From an uncultured Pseudomonadota bacterium (GTDB lineage Bacteria > Pseudomonadota > Alphaproteobacteria > Rs-D84): a DNA stretch of 64,000 nt. Positions 1-10,370 of the stretch are shown piece by piece (within the stretch, counting starts at the first letter, position 1; the number at the start of each line of letters is the position of its first letter). Where the stretch lies: assembly GCA_902793435.1 (NCBI GenBank), contig CADBDF010000004.1, positions 11,650 to 75,649 of the forward strand. The letters are read 5' to 3'. The notes under the pieces were generated by a model. That model had not been told where the DNA came from. It saw only the letters and a list, made by a program, of their open reading frames with translations, and made no database searches. A program made the position numbers and the translations under genes.

Positions 1-1017
1 GATTTGAATTTTGTTTTGGGACCACAAAGTTATCATAAATTACCTGAAATAATTAAAAATCCAGATAGCAAATTACTGGACATTGATTTGGGCGGTTTGG
101 AAAAATTTGATGAATTACCACCAATAACTAAATCACCTTATGTCGCATATATTCCTGTCCAGGAAGGTTGCAATCATTGTTGTACATATTGCATTGTGCC
201 TTTCACACGCGGTCGCGAAATATCCAGACCATATAACGATATTTTGGCGGAAACAATGCATGCAGCGTCCGTTGGTGCAATTGAAATTTGCTTTATTGGT
301 CAAAATGTAAATGGATATAAATTCACCGATAATGATGGGAAAACATATCGTTTATCTGATTTAATAAAACAAACATCAAAAATCGATTCTGTTAAAAGAA
401 TTCGTTTTACGTCCAGTTATCCAACCGAAATGACAGACGATTTAATTGAATTATTCAAAACCGAATCGAAATTATTACCATTTTTGAACATGCCTATTCA
501 AAGTGGTTCAAACGATATTTTGAAAAAAATGAATCGTCAATATAATCTGGACGAATATATAAACATAATAAATAAATTCAAAATCGCACGTCCAGACATA
601 CAAATTTCCAGTGATTTTATCGTTGGTTTTCCTGGTGAAACAAATGCAGATTTCGAACAAACTGTCGATATCGCAAAACGTATCAAATACATAAATTCTT
701 ATTCATTTAAATACTCACCCCGCCCTCATACTGCGGCGGCAATAATGCAAAATCAAATTCCAGAAAACATTAAAAGCGAACGTTTAATAAAACTGGACGC
801 GGTATTGAACGATATTCAACGCGAGTTTAATTTATCATGCCAAGATAAAGTGTTTGATTGCTTATACGAAGGCGCTGATAAAACTGGCACAAAACAAATT
901 TATCGCACCCCATATATGCAGCCATGTATTGTTGAAACGGATAATCCAACCCCAATGGCACGCATAAAAATCACATCTGGAAACAAATCATGCCTGCATG
1001 GAAAAATTGTTGATTAA
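1..1017 (+). CDS. miaB: tRNA-i6A37 methylthiotransferase MiaB (5'-truncated by window edge)
   Basis: Radical SAM motif QEGCNHCCTYCIVPFTRGRE; SDFIVGFPGET; FKYSPRPHT; C-terminal TRAM-like region. Confidence 0.93.
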   Translation, partial: DLNFVLGPQSYHKLPEIIKNPDSKLLDIDLGGLEKFDELPPITKSPYVAYIPVQEGCNHCCTYCIVPFTRGREISRPYNDILAETMHAASVGAIEICFIGQNVNGYKFTDNDGKTYRLSDLIKQTSKIDSVKRIRFTSSYPTEMTDDLIELFKTESKLLPFLNMPIQSGSNDILKKMNRQYNLDEYINIINKFKIARPDIQISSDFIVGFPGETNADFEQTVDIAKRIKYINSYSFKYSPRPHTAAAIMQNQIPENIKSERLIKLDAVLNDIQREFNLSCQDKVFDCLYEGADKTGTKQIYRTPYMQPCIVETDNPTPMARIKITSGNKSCLHGKIVD

Positions 1018-2276
1018 AAAGCAAGTTTAACATTTGCAGAAAATTTACCAGCCCAACCAAATTCTGTGTCAATCACACCGATTGATATGCCACCACCAAT
1101 TTTATCCGTAACCGTCCATATTGCTAAATCAATAGCGGCATCTAAATACCCTGCTGAATTTATACCGCCACGTAAATTATATGAATATGATACACCGTCC
1201 ATAAAATATTTAAATCCAACATCCGTTCCTGTATGCAACAAATACATATTATCATGCGCATTTGAAATTTTTACATCATTTGCACCAATTCCAACAAACG
1301 GTGATAAAAACAAACCTGATTCAAAATTCAATTTTGCACCGATATCTGTGCCAAAATAATACCCGAACACATTTGAATTATCGTTTGATGATGTTTTTAT
1401 TTTTGCAAAACTTAAACCACCAACACCGCGCACAAACATAACATCATTTAATTCATATAACACACGCAGATTTCCACCATATATCGCATAATCAAAATCA
1501 TCAACCCCATACTTGAATTCTGCCCCAGATAAATATGCCGTTGCCCCAACAAACAACCGACCGGCAACTTTGGCTCCAGAATTCAAATGCAAACCAACAC
1601 CGTTAAAGTCTGATGCATTATAATAATCAGGTGCCACAGATAAAAAATAATCATCAACAAAATCAAACTTTGCAAATAACTCGTGTTGATTTATCGCCGA
1701 TACAGGTCGCAATAATACCGATGGTGTATATTGCAACATTGAATCAATACCTGTCAAACCCGCAGACACCTGATGTGATGCCAAATATGCTGCCGAATAG
1801 CTACGATTTATACACATACCCGAACTACCGTCACATGCACCCCACTCATACACAAAATCGTTTGATGGATTTTCTTCTTCTATATCAGGCGCCCTATTCC
1901 AACTTAAATTATGAAAAACAACCAAATCATTTTGTTTGCCATTTATCCCGTTCAAGAAAGGTTCTTGGAATCGAAACACAACATTATCATTTTGAATTGA
2001 TAAATTTGTATTAAAATCATTATCTGTTAAAAACGACCCATCAACCAACAATGCAATTCTTTGCGAACCGCCATCTATTTTCAAAACAGTCGCACCAATG
2101 TTATCCAGAGCACTCAATGAATATCCACTACCACCTATGATAACAACCTCTTCATTTACTGGCCAAGACAACGAATCTAAATCTGCTGGACTTTCAATTG
2201 GCGGAACGACACCAAACACAGCACGTGTGATAAATAATTCAACCGCCATACAAGATGCCAACATTACATATCTCAT
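1014..2276 (-). CDS. Outer-membrane beta-barrel protein, autotransporter-like
   Basis: Signal-peptide-like N-terminus; alternating amphipathic strands in C-terminal half; terminal Phe (VKLAF). Confidence 0.6.
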   Translation of the reverse strand: MRYVMLASCMAVELFITRAVFGVVPPIESPADLDSLSWPVNEEVVIIGGSGYSLSALDNIGATVLKIDGGSQRIALLVDGSFLTDNDFNTNLSIQNDNVVFRFQEPFLNGINGKQNDLVVFHNLSWNRAPDIEEENPSNDFVYEWGACDGSSGMCINRSYSAAYLASHQVSAGLTGIDSMLQYTPSVLLRPVSAINQHELFAKFDFVDDYFLSVAPDYYNASDFNGVGLHLNSGAKVAGRLFVGATAYLSGAEFKYGVDDFDYAIYGGNLRVLYELNDVMFVRGVGGLSFAKIKTSSNDNSNVFGYYFGTDIGAKLNFESGLFLSPFVGIGANDVKISNAHDNMYLLHTGTDVGFKYFMDGVSYSYNLRGGINSAGYLDAAIDLAIWTVTDKIGGGISIGVIDTEFGWAGKFSANVKLAF

Positions 2277-2430
2277 AAAATAAAGTCTAATAAAACACAA
2301 TCACAAAACAAAGGAAAAAATTCTTAAAACCCATTGGGCATCTAAACCTATATAAAACACGACATTTCTTTGATACGATTAAAGTATCGACACAGAAAGA
2401 AACAAACAAAAAACTCAAAAAGGAGAAAAC

Positions 2431-3033
2431 ATGAAAAAACTTGCTATTTCTACACTTGCTGTATTAATCGCATGCCCTGCATTTGCGGGCCAACATTGCA
2501 ACGACAGTTTTTGGAGTGATTTAGACCCATATATTGCGTTGCGTGGCGGTATTGGATATACCAATACAAACTATAATTTTGATGGACAAAAAGAATCTAT
2601 CGCCGATATGGTTTTGGACGGACGTGTTGCTTTGGGTATTCAAATGCACAAATTATACCGGACAGAACTTGAATGGGCAATCTATGGCGATGCCAAAGAC
2701 AACGCAGACTTTGGTGCCGCAACAAATGTGGAAGTAAAAACAAAATTACAAACATTGTTGATGAACGCATACATGGATTTGGGTTCTTATAACATTGTTC
2801 GCCCATACATTGGTTTGGGTGCCGGTGTTGGATTTACAGAAATCGGTCGTTCCGGTGCAACAATCGAACAACACACCGATGACAAAGGTGGTTTTGCCGC
2901 TGGTGCAATATTGGGTATGACTTTTGACATGGACCAATTTGCAATTGATGTTGCAACCAGATACACATATGTTGATGTCCAGGCTGGATTGCATAACTTT
3001 GGTGCCGATGTTGGTGTCAGATTTATGTTTTAA
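2431..3033 (+). CDS. Small outer-membrane beta-barrel protein (OmpA-barrel/opacity/surface-antigen-like)
   Basis: AGGAG RBS; signal peptide; RTELE, LLMNAYMD, RPYIGLGAG motifs; ends GVRFMF. Confidence 0.8.
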   Translation: MKKLAISTLAVLIACPAFAGQHCNDSFWSDLDPYIALRGGIGYTNTNYNFDGQKESIADMVLDGRVALGIQMHKLYRTELEWAIYGDAKDNADFGAATNVEVKTKLQTLLMNAYMDLGSYNIVRPYIGLGAGVGFTEIGRSGATIEQHTDDKGGFAAGAILGMTFDMDQFAIDVATRYTYVDVQAGLHNFGADVGVRFMF

Positions 3034-3061
3034 AAAAAACATCATAAAACAAAAATATTTT

Positions 3062-3086
3062 CCCATACAGATTTGTATGGGTTTTT
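3062..3086 (+). terminator. Intrinsic terminator
   Basis: cccatac-agattt-gtatggg followed by T-tract after the OMP gene. Confidence 0.7.
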
Positions 3087-3107
3087 ATTTTATACAAAAC
3101 ACAAAAT

Positions 3108-3131
3108 AAAAAAACCGACCAAATTGGTCGG
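3108..3131 (-). terminator. Intrinsic terminator
   Basis: ccgacc-aaatt-ggtcgg with A7 on + strand, after the minus-strand ferritin-like gene. Confidence 0.7.
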
Positions 3132-3154
3132 CATAACATTTAATCAATATATTT

Positions 3155-3508
3155 TTATAATCTGGCCAATGCCAATTTATTCAACAGCCCAGATTCTATA
3201 TCGGTCAATAAAGATACCATACCTTGATTAACTTCTTCGTTGGCAACCGCGCGTTCAATATATTCAATCAACTGAACACATTTTTTTACAATATCCAATT
3301 CAACAAATTTTGGATTTAAAATTCCAGCTTTGAAAATACTTTTATCTTCGGTTGCCATAAAATAACGTTCTGCAATTTTATCAACCCAATCATCAATATC
3401 TTCACTCAATCTGTCGAACAACAAATGACGCGAATAATCATCTGTGGTCCAATGATTTATTTTACAAGAATATTTTAATGCAATTAAATGCTGAATCAAT
3501 TCATACAT
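3155..3508 (-). CDS. Short ferritin/Dps-like four-helix protein (DUF5856-like)
   Basis: Dps-type motif HW-x4-Y-x2-H-x3-D-x-L...D-x2-AE; GGAGG RBS. Confidence 0.65.
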   Translation of the reverse strand: MYELIQHLIALKYSCKINHWTTDDYSRHLLFDRLSEDIDDWVDKIAERYFMATEDKSIFKAGILNPKFVELDIVKKCVQLIEYIERAVANEEVNQGMVSLLTDIESGLLNKLALARL

Positions 3509-3699
3509 ATTTTCCTCCTTTGTGTTTTACACATAAAAAAATTAAACCTTTTATATATAAAACAAAACAGGACATTATTCAAAAAACATCGCTATACGCA
3601 TTGTTTCTGGGACTTTCTAGGCAATCATACCTAACGCAAATTAAATTTTTTATTATAAAATAGTTTTGTATTTCATATAAAAAACCAAAGGAGAAAAAT

Positions 3700-4242
3700 A
3701 TGAAAAAAATACTTAAACTATTATCTGCATTGGCTGTGATAGTGACTGTTGCAGGCTGCACAAATACAAATGAATACAACCATAAAAAACATTATTATAA
3801 CGACGAACAGATTTGCACAAAATGTGGCAAGAAAAATTGCGAACACAAAAAACATTATTACAACGACAAACATAAAAACAAATTATATTCAAAAATGTAC
3901 ACTCGCAACAATCATGGCGAAGCCAGTGAAATCGGTTATGTTAAATTCTATGACATCGACAGCGGTGTAAAAATGGTCGTAAATGTTGATAAATTGCGCG
4001 ATGATATCGATTACACAACAAAAATATATCAATGCAAAGATGCGAAATGCACCAACCCAGACACATGTTGCAAAGAAACAACAATGTCTTTGGAAATGCC
4101 TTTGACACGTAAAAACAAAAAATCCCCAATGCTGCAAGAAACATTTATCATCAAAAACATAAACACCAATCATTTACAAGGCGCAACAATATTCTTTGAA
4201 CGCGACAAAGGATATCGTGCCGCATGGGGATTTTTGGATTAA
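3700..4242 (+). CDS. Lipoprotein with His/Cys-rich N-terminal region and a degenerate Cu/Zn-SOD-like domain
   Basis: Lipobox VAGC; duplicated HKKHYYND; IGYVKF.D...GV.M.V and L.G.TIFF...RAAWG pattern resembles SodC without the His ligands. Confidence 0.55.
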   Translation: MKKILKLLSALAVIVTVAGCTNTNEYNHKKHYYNDEQICTKCGKKNCEHKKHYYNDKHKNKLYSKMYTRNNHGEASEIGYVKFYDIDSGVKMVVNVDKLRDDIDYTTKIYQCKDAKCTNPDTCCKETTMSLEMPLTRKNKKSPMLQETFIIKNINTNHLQGATIFFERDKGYRAAWGFLD

Positions 4243-4252
4243 AAATAACCAC

Positions 4253-4284
4253 AAAAAACAGTCGCAAATGCGACTGTTTTTTTT
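4253..4284. terminator. Bidirectional intrinsic terminator
   Basis: A6-cagtcgca-aa-tgcgactg-T8 between convergent genes. Confidence 0.85.
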
Positions 4285-6913
4285 ATTTGATAAACATCTT
4301 GCGAATCAAATCCAACGGTATAACCAAACAAGCCAATTCAAATATCAATCGCCATTGTGCATATGTCAAAGGCACAACACTAAACACACCACCACCATAT
4401 TCAACAATTGCAACCGTCCCCAAAACAATTATTGCACCAATAAATAAAAACATTGGATTTTTATGTAAATCACGCAACAAGTGCATATCATCAACACGCA
4501 CATTAAACCCATTAAATGCCGCCATCAACATAATCAACGCAAATCGCGCAGTTAAATTTACCAATTCATTATCCCCAAATACATTTGCCACAGACGGTAC
4601 AAACAGCAACGCAAAAATAATTCCAAATTCAATACAACTGGCAAAAATTCGCAATGATGTTTTCCATGAAAACAATGACGCGCCTTTTTTTGATGGCGGC
4701 ACCATCATATATTCTGGTTTAGCGGGTTCAGCACCAAATGCCAAAGAATTCAAACTGTCCATAACAATATTTATCACCAAAATTTGAACTGCGACAAATG
4801 CTGGGAAACCAAGAACAATTGGATAAAACAAACTCAAAATCACCAACATTAAATTTATCGGCATTTGAAACAGTAAAAATTTAGTCACATTATTCAAGAA
4901 AGTTCGACCAAACAACACCGCGTCTGTAATAGATACAAAATTATCATCTGTAATTATGATATCGCCCGCCTCTTTACAAACATCTGTCCCTGAGCCCATT
5001 GCAAAGCCGACATCTGCACGTTTTAATGCGGGTGCATCATTTGTTCCATCGCCACACATACCGATACACAAATTCATTTCTTGGGCAATTTTAACCAATC
5101 TCAATTTTGTTCGTGGCACAGCGCGTGCAACAACTTTGATTTTATACAGATTCTTTTTTATTTCCGCATCTGTCATCAAATCTAATTCATGTGCAGTTAA
5201 AACCATATCATCAGGATTGACGACAATCCCTGTATCCACACCAATCGCACGCGCCGTATCCAAAATATCACCTGTCATCATAATAACATGAATTCCAGCC
5301 CTGTGCATACGCGCCACAGCACTGGGGACTTCGCGACGAACATCATCACGAATACTGACCAAGGATATCAAAGTCAAATTATCCGGCAATTTTTTATTCA
5401 ATGTTTTATTTGGACAATATGCCAATGCCAAAACACGTTTTGCCTGGCGTGCATTATCGCGTATAATTTCTATCATTTTATTTTTATTTATCTTGTGCGC
5501 AACACCATTAACATCGATATATTTTGTCACATGTTCTAAAATAATTTCTGGCGCCCCTGTGTATAAAGTAAATTGTTTTGAATCCACGCGTCGCATAATA
5601 CGCACCGCCGAAAATTTATTAGCACTGTCGAACGGAATTTTATCCAAAGGTTTAATATCACGAAAAACCGCATGCACCAAATGTGATTTTGGATTTAACA
5701 CCGACAACAAAGCACGTTGAGTGCTGGTTCCACCAGAAATTTTACCATTATCATCATATGTTGCACCCGTATTAAATAAAATATCTGCGGCAATAAATCG
5801 TGCCACCGGCAAATCAGTATCAAAACCAACCTGACTGCCATCGCCCAGATAATTAGTAATAGGAATTAAATTTCCATATGTCAAAGTTCCTGTTTTATCA
5901 GTGCATAAAATTTGAATATTCCCAGCTTCTGGAATTTTATGCGTATTTTTTGCCAACACATTATGCCGTATCATATTACGCGCATTTTGTGCGATAATCA
6001 TAGTGATAATAAACGGCAATCCTTCGGGAACAGCCGCCACAACAATCGTTAATGCAACAACCAATGCCATTAAAATTTGATGCAATACAACCAATAATCC
6101 CTGGGACAAAAACATATTTATACCGCCCACATGCACCACAGAATCAGCCAACAACACAATTGCAACAATCCCGCCACCGATATAACCAAACCAACCTATT
6201 TTTTGTGCCAATTTATCTAATTTAATATCCAAATCTGTTTTTACTTCATCTATATCACGCATAGCCAATAAAGTTTGTGCATTTTCCGTATTAACACCAA
6301 CACGCGTGACCCGCATATAACATTCACCACTTTGCACAGTTGTACCACTGAACAACAAATTTTGACTGACATAATCTTCGGCGGTAATTTGTGCCGCACC
6401 ATTATAACGAAAATTTTTTATTGGCGATTTTGGACATTCTTCACTTTCACCATTTAATACCGAATTATTCACATTTATTTCACCATCAATAATATAACCA
6501 TCGGCCGGCACAGTTTCCCCAGATTGCAAAAACACAATATCACCAACGACAATATCAACTGTATTTATTGTTTTCTTTCTGGAATCACGCAATACAATTG
6601 CGTGTCGCATTGCCGTTTTATTTTTTAAATCGATTGAATATTTTTGCGCCCGCAACTTTGTAATTGTACCAATAACCCCAACACAAACCAAAACCACCCC
6701 AACACCAATTGGTTCCACATAGCCACCAACACCAACCATTGCCAAGACCAAAAACAATCCCAGCATAAACAATAAAATCACATTGATTTTATCATCAAAC
6801 ATTTCCAACAAAAAATGCCATGCCGTCTTGGGTTTTACCCCAGGCACGACATTTTCACCATATTTATTTCTGTTTTGCGCAACCTGTGCCGATGTCAAAC
6901 CAACGATTTTCAT
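4283..6913 (-). CDS. P-type ATPase, Ca2+-translocating (type II, PMCA-like)
   Basis: LNGES, VPEGLP, CTDKTGT phosphorylation site, MTGD, GDGTNDAPAL; 10-TM layout. Confidence 0.9.
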   Translation of the reverse strand: MKIVGLTSAQVAQNRNKYGENVVPGVKPKTAWHFLLEMFDDKINVILLFMLGLFLVLAMVGVGGYVEPIGVGVVLVCVGVIGTITKLRAQKYSIDLKNKTAMRHAIVLRDSRKKTINTVDIVVGDIVFLQSGETVPADGYIIDGEINVNNSVLNGESEECPKSPIKNFRYNGAAQITAEDYVSQNLLFSGTTVQSGECYMRVTRVGVNTENAQTLLAMRDIDEVKTDLDIKLDKLAQKIGWFGYIGGGIVAIVLLADSVVHVGGINMFLSQGLLVVLHQILMALVVALTIVVAAVPEGLPFIITMIIAQNARNMIRHNVLAKNTHKIPEAGNIQILCTDKTGTLTYGNLIPITNYLGDGSQVGFDTDLPVARFIAADILFNTGATYDDNGKISGGTSTQRALLSVLNPKSHLVHAVFRDIKPLDKIPFDSANKFSAVRIMRRVDSKQFTLYTGAPEIILEHVTKYIDVNGVAHKINKNKMIEIIRDNARQAKRVLALAYCPNKTLNKKLPDNLTLISLVSIRDDVRREVPSAVARMHRAGIHVIMMTGDILDTARAIGVDTGIVVNPDDMVLTAHELDLMTDAEIKKNLYKIKVVARAVPRTKLRLVKIAQEMNLCIGMCGDGTNDAPALKRADVGFAMGSGTDVCKEAGDIIITDDNFVSITDAVLFGRTFLNNVTKFLLFQMPINLMLVILSLFYPIVLGFPAFVAVQILVINIVMDSLNSLAFGAEPAKPEYMMVPPSKKGASLFSWKTSLRIFASCIEFGIIFALLFVPSVANVFGDNELVNLTARFALIMLMAAFNGFNVRVDDMHLLRDLHKNPMFLFIGAIIVLGTVAIVEYGGGVFSVVPLTYAQWRLIFELACLVIPLDLIRKMFIK

Positions 6914-6975
6914 ATATCCCCCCATGCAAAAATTAACAAACACATTTTATCACAAAAGCAAGAGTCAATAAACAC

Positions 6976-7013
6976 AAAAAAAGGCCGTGACAAATAACGC
7001 CACCGGCCTTTTT
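6976..7013. terminator. Intrinsic terminator after the small ORF
   Basis: A7-ggccg...cggcc-T5 hairpin. Confidence 0.65.
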
Positions 7014-7039
7014 ATCCTTAATAAAACTAACCTTGTTCT

Positions 7040-7177
7040 TTATAAACCGTTGTCAGAGCCTGTTAAATCGATTCCACGGTCTTTGAACATTTCAACCAAA
7101 TTGATAGGCTCCAAATCTTGTTGTTTTACCATCATCGTAGCCTTTGCCAAATTCAGTTTCTTTTTTACGTCTGTCAT
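7040..7177 (-). CDS. Small protein, 45 aa (MTDVKKKLNLAKATMMVKQQDLEPINLVEMFKDRGIDLTGSDNGL); not in ORF track
   Basis: ATG with AGAGG RBS; open frame; followed by a terminator. Confidence 0.6.
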   Translation of the reverse strand: MTDVKKKLNLAKATMMVKQQDLEPINLVEMFKDRGIDLTGSDNGL

Positions 7178-7267
7178 CTTTTTGCCTCTTAAAAAAATCT
7201 CTCTGGCAACCGTTAATTTACACTAATAAATTCTTTTTGTCAAGTATTTATTAGTTTTTTATTACGA

Positions 7268-8770
7268 TTACATTCCGCAATCCAGACATTCTTCCCCTAT
7301 TTCCTGGATTTCTGCGTCACCATCGGTCACAACAGCGATTGGGACAACCTTGCCTGGTTCGGTGTAATGCGTTTCTTTGACAACGCGCACACGACGATTT
7401 TGGGCATTTGGCACACCATCAGCCGTTGGAACTTTCAAATCTTCTTCACCTGCGGAAACTGCGACAATTTGACTTGCAGGGATTCCGTATTGAATCAGCA
7501 TTTTCTGGACAGCCTCGGCTCTGCGACCACCCAATGCATAATTATAACTGTTGCTGCCAGATGTATCCGTATGACCAACCACTGAAACCTTGATGTTCTT
7601 GTTATTTTGGGTTGCGGTTGCCAATTCACGAATCAACGCATCATATTCAGGCTTTATAATGGCTTTGTTAAAGTCAAAATGAACTTCGAATATCTCTTCC
7701 ATTACATGTTGTGTTGGTTCCAATGGAATCTGTTGGACTTTAATAACAGCCTTTTCATCGTTTGGTTTCAATGCGTCCAAACGGTCATTGATGGCCTTAA
7801 TTTCTGCACGCATAGCCATCATCATATTGATAAACTCGTCACGAGTGACAACTTCTTCACCTAATGTTGGATCTTGGTTACATGGGCATGTTTCCACCGC
7901 CGGTTCATTGTCTGGAACATTTATTACGACTGGACGACCCGTCTTGCAGTCACATTTTGACCCATTACTTGAATTTACTGCAACTGTATTGCCACTATTG
8001 GAAACATGTTTATCGCCACCATAAATATTTTGATTAAATACCATTGGCGCCGATCCTACAGGCACAGTTTGCACCAAATTTGCCGGAATATTAACATTAT
8101 TTACAATCACGATACCGTCACGTGGATATGATGCCCCACCCACAGTTTTCAAAGAACGTGTATCTGGATAAAATTCTTTTTTATTAATTTCAATTGTCGC
8201 AGGTTTTGCCGCCGCGCGTTTTGCAACCTTGCAACCACCACTTTTACAATTACGCAACACGTCCATTGCCGCGATAAAACGGTCATGACATTGATGCGCA
8301 GTCTCCTCCTGGGCGGTTGATTCCGCAGACAACCAACAATCAAATTTCGCCTGTGCCTCGGCTGCAACATCTGGACGATTTTCTGTGGCATCATTTTTGA
8401 ATTCTTCAATCATGTCATTATATGCCATTTTCAACATTTCAGCAGTTGCCTCGTCATCGATTGGCCAATTTCCCACAGTTTCCGGGAACGGTGTTTCCCC
8501 TGAAAAAGCCGTCACAGCCTTTTGCGCAAACAATTCACCCATTTCCGGATAACCCGATGTCCGCGCATTATAAATTGCATAAGACCGATAATTCATCGCC
8601 AACTGATTCAAAAAAGAATCCTGATGCGGTGCCGAATAAACATCTAAACCTTCGACATAATCAACTGTTGGGGTTGATACATCCTCATAACGATTATCGG
8701 TTCCTGCGCATGCCGTCAAAGCCGACACCAAAGCCAAACCAAAAACACGTGAAAATATTTTGTTTGCCAT
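7268..8770 (-). CDS. OmpA-family peptidoglycan-binding lipoprotein
   Basis: Lipobox LTAC; alpha-type N-domain (AQAKFDCW); C-terminal OmpA_C (VHFDFNKA, GHTDTSG, YNYALGGRRAEAV, QNRRV). Confidence 0.9.
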   Translation of the reverse strand: MANKIFSRVFGLALVSALTACAGTDNRYEDVSTPTVDYVEGLDVYSAPHQDSFLNQLAMNYRSYAIYNARTSGYPEMGELFAQKAVTAFSGETPFPETVGNWPIDDEATAEMLKMAYNDMIEEFKNDATENRPDVAAEAQAKFDCWLSAESTAQEETAHQCHDRFIAAMDVLRNCKSGGCKVAKRAAAKPATIEINKKEFYPDTRSLKTVGGASYPRDGIVIVNNVNIPANLVQTVPVGSAPMVFNQNIYGGDKHVSNSGNTVAVNSSNGSKCDCKTGRPVVINVPDNEPAVETCPCNQDPTLGEEVVTRDEFINMMMAMRAEIKAINDRLDALKPNDEKAVIKVQQIPLEPTQHVMEEIFEVHFDFNKAIIKPEYDALIRELATATQNNKNIKVSVVGHTDTSGSNSYNYALGGRRAEAVQKMLIQYGIPASQIVAVSAGEEDLKVPTADGVPNAQNRRVRVVKETHYTEPGKVVPIAVVTDGDAEIQEIGEECLDCGM

Positions 8771-8896
8771 AATTCCTTCCTTTGTATTTAATCCCTTGTA
8801 TTATACTATTTTTTTGTCAGTCAGTAAAGCAGAAAAACAGACGAAAATAATTTGTTTAAAGAAATATTTTTATCAGCTTTTACCAAAATCAATAAG

Positions 8897-8977
8897 AACA
8901 GTATAGATGCGAAGATAAAAACGAGCGTAATGTACAAAACGTACATAAACAAGCCATCAACAAGCAGATGTGCCATT
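8897..8977. repeat. Structured palindromic repeat, copy 1 (degenerate)
   Basis: aacagtatagatgcg...atgtac-aaaac-gtacat...caacaagcagatgtgcc, matches copies at 23845 and 38221-38411. Confidence 0.7.
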
Positions 8978-9803
8978 ATTTATCTAAAAATTGGGTGACT
9001 GTGGGTGCAAGTGACCCCATCCCAGACAATCCACCACCACTGGTGAGCCCCCCAACCGCCTGCATAATACTGCCAGTATTGGTGGTTTGACCCGCATTAG
9101 AAATCGTTGTGGTTAAAAATGAAGCATACGCCTCGCGATTACGTTTGGAAATATTTTCAGGCGAACACTTTTCCATTTTTTCCATCATTTTACCATACAT
9201 GGCGGCCTCGTCATTGGTATAATCTACAACGGTAAAATCAATTGCACCAAAAACTTTATATATATTTGATTTATATTTTTGTTTGGACGATGCACATGTT
9301 GGCATGCCATCGGCACAATAATATCCATACGAAGCCTTGGGATAATCTTGCCAAATCATATCTTTATCCCCTGCGCCATCAAAAAGTTCAGTACATGTAT
9401 CAATACTGTTTGTGGTCGCCGTCACCTTTAAATCAGTGGCATATGTTTCGCCATTCGCAGTTTCGCATTTCCGCCCAGTTCCAGCCACACTGGAAAGCAT
9501 TTTTTCCGCAGACACCGCCCCAACCTTGGCATATTCTTTGACCATATTATTAACCCAGTTAATTTCTGTGGCCGTCGGCACACACTCTGCCGCCAATTCT
9601 TTTTGTTGCTTGGTCAAAGCCGACACATTGGACACCAATCCAATAACGCCCGGCAACAATGACCCCGATGTTATACTTTCCAAACCCGATGTTTCTTGTT
9701 TTTTAACATTTGATGCTTTTTTGACCTGAAAATCAGCCGCATTGGCAACAACACCACACATGCAGACAATAATTCCCATTAAAAAAGAAATTTTTTTTCT
9801 CAT
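8976..9803 (-). CDS. Secreted Cys-containing hypothetical protein
   Basis: Signal peptide (VANA-A); several cysteines; no family recognised. Confidence 0.7.
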   Translation of the reverse strand: MRKKISFLMGIIVCMCGVVANAADFQVKKASNVKKQETSGLESITSGSLLPGVIGLVSNVSALTKQQKELAAECVPTATEINWVNNMVKEYAKVGAVSAEKMLSSVAGTGRKCETANGETYATDLKVTATTNSIDTCTELFDGAGDKDMIWQDYPKASYGYYCADGMPTCASSKQKYKSNIYKVFGAIDFTVVDYTNDEAAMYGKMMEKMEKCSPENISKRNREAYASFLTTTISNAGQTTNTGSIMQAVGGLTSGGGLSGMGSLAPTVTQFLDK

Positions 9804-9890
9804 CTCCGTATGCAAACATTATATCATAAAAAAATTCATGAATAAATATAAAAATTGCTTTTTTAATTATGTTATGCAAACATTTACTCG

Positions 9891-10370
9891 ATGGCACAAG
9901 ATAACAGAACTTTTATCATTTTTAAAAAGCACCGGCGTTTTACCCGTCTGTGGCAGTTTTTATTCACAGGCTGGGGCTTGGTTATGGTTGCTGCATTGGC
10001 GGCGGGTGCGGTATTTACAAAACAACTAATTTGGACACCTATATCCGCAATAAACATGGTTGATATTACCAGCAACCAATTCAAAATGACAAATGCGAAC
10101 TTTGCCGGTATTGACCATCAAGGCCACCCTTTTTCAATTCATGCAAAAACAGGTCGCCAAGAATATTCGCATCCTGATATAATATTTATGGAATCGGTCA
10201 ATGGAACAACTGTCCGTATTGTTGATGGCAAAAAGATAACTGACAAAATTCGCGCAAACACGGCCGAATTCAATCAATCGAATCGTGATTTGCGACTGAT
10301 TGGAAATGTCCATATTGATTCCAGCAACGGCGACAAAGCTCAAACACAAGAAATGGTGATAAAATTATGA
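9891..10370 (+). CDS. lptC: LPS export periplasmic protein LptC
   Basis: Single TM then GID..G.PF.I.A..G.Q beta-jellyroll pattern; overlaps lptB (ATGA). Confidence 0.75.
   Translation: MAQDNRTFIIFKKHRRFTRLWQFLFTGWGLVMVAALAAGAVFTKQLIWTPISAINMVDITSNQFKMTNANFAGIDHQGHPFSIHAKTGRQEYSHPDIIFMESVNGTTVRIVDGKKITDKIRANTAEFNQSNRDLRLIGNVHIDSSNGDKAQTQEMVIKL

Noticed and set aside
6914-7177. 45-aa ORF as an MgtL-like attenuator peptide for the P-type ATPase
   Set aside because: No biased codon run, and the ATPase has its own TGATAAAAT box downstream of the terminator; kept only as a small ORF
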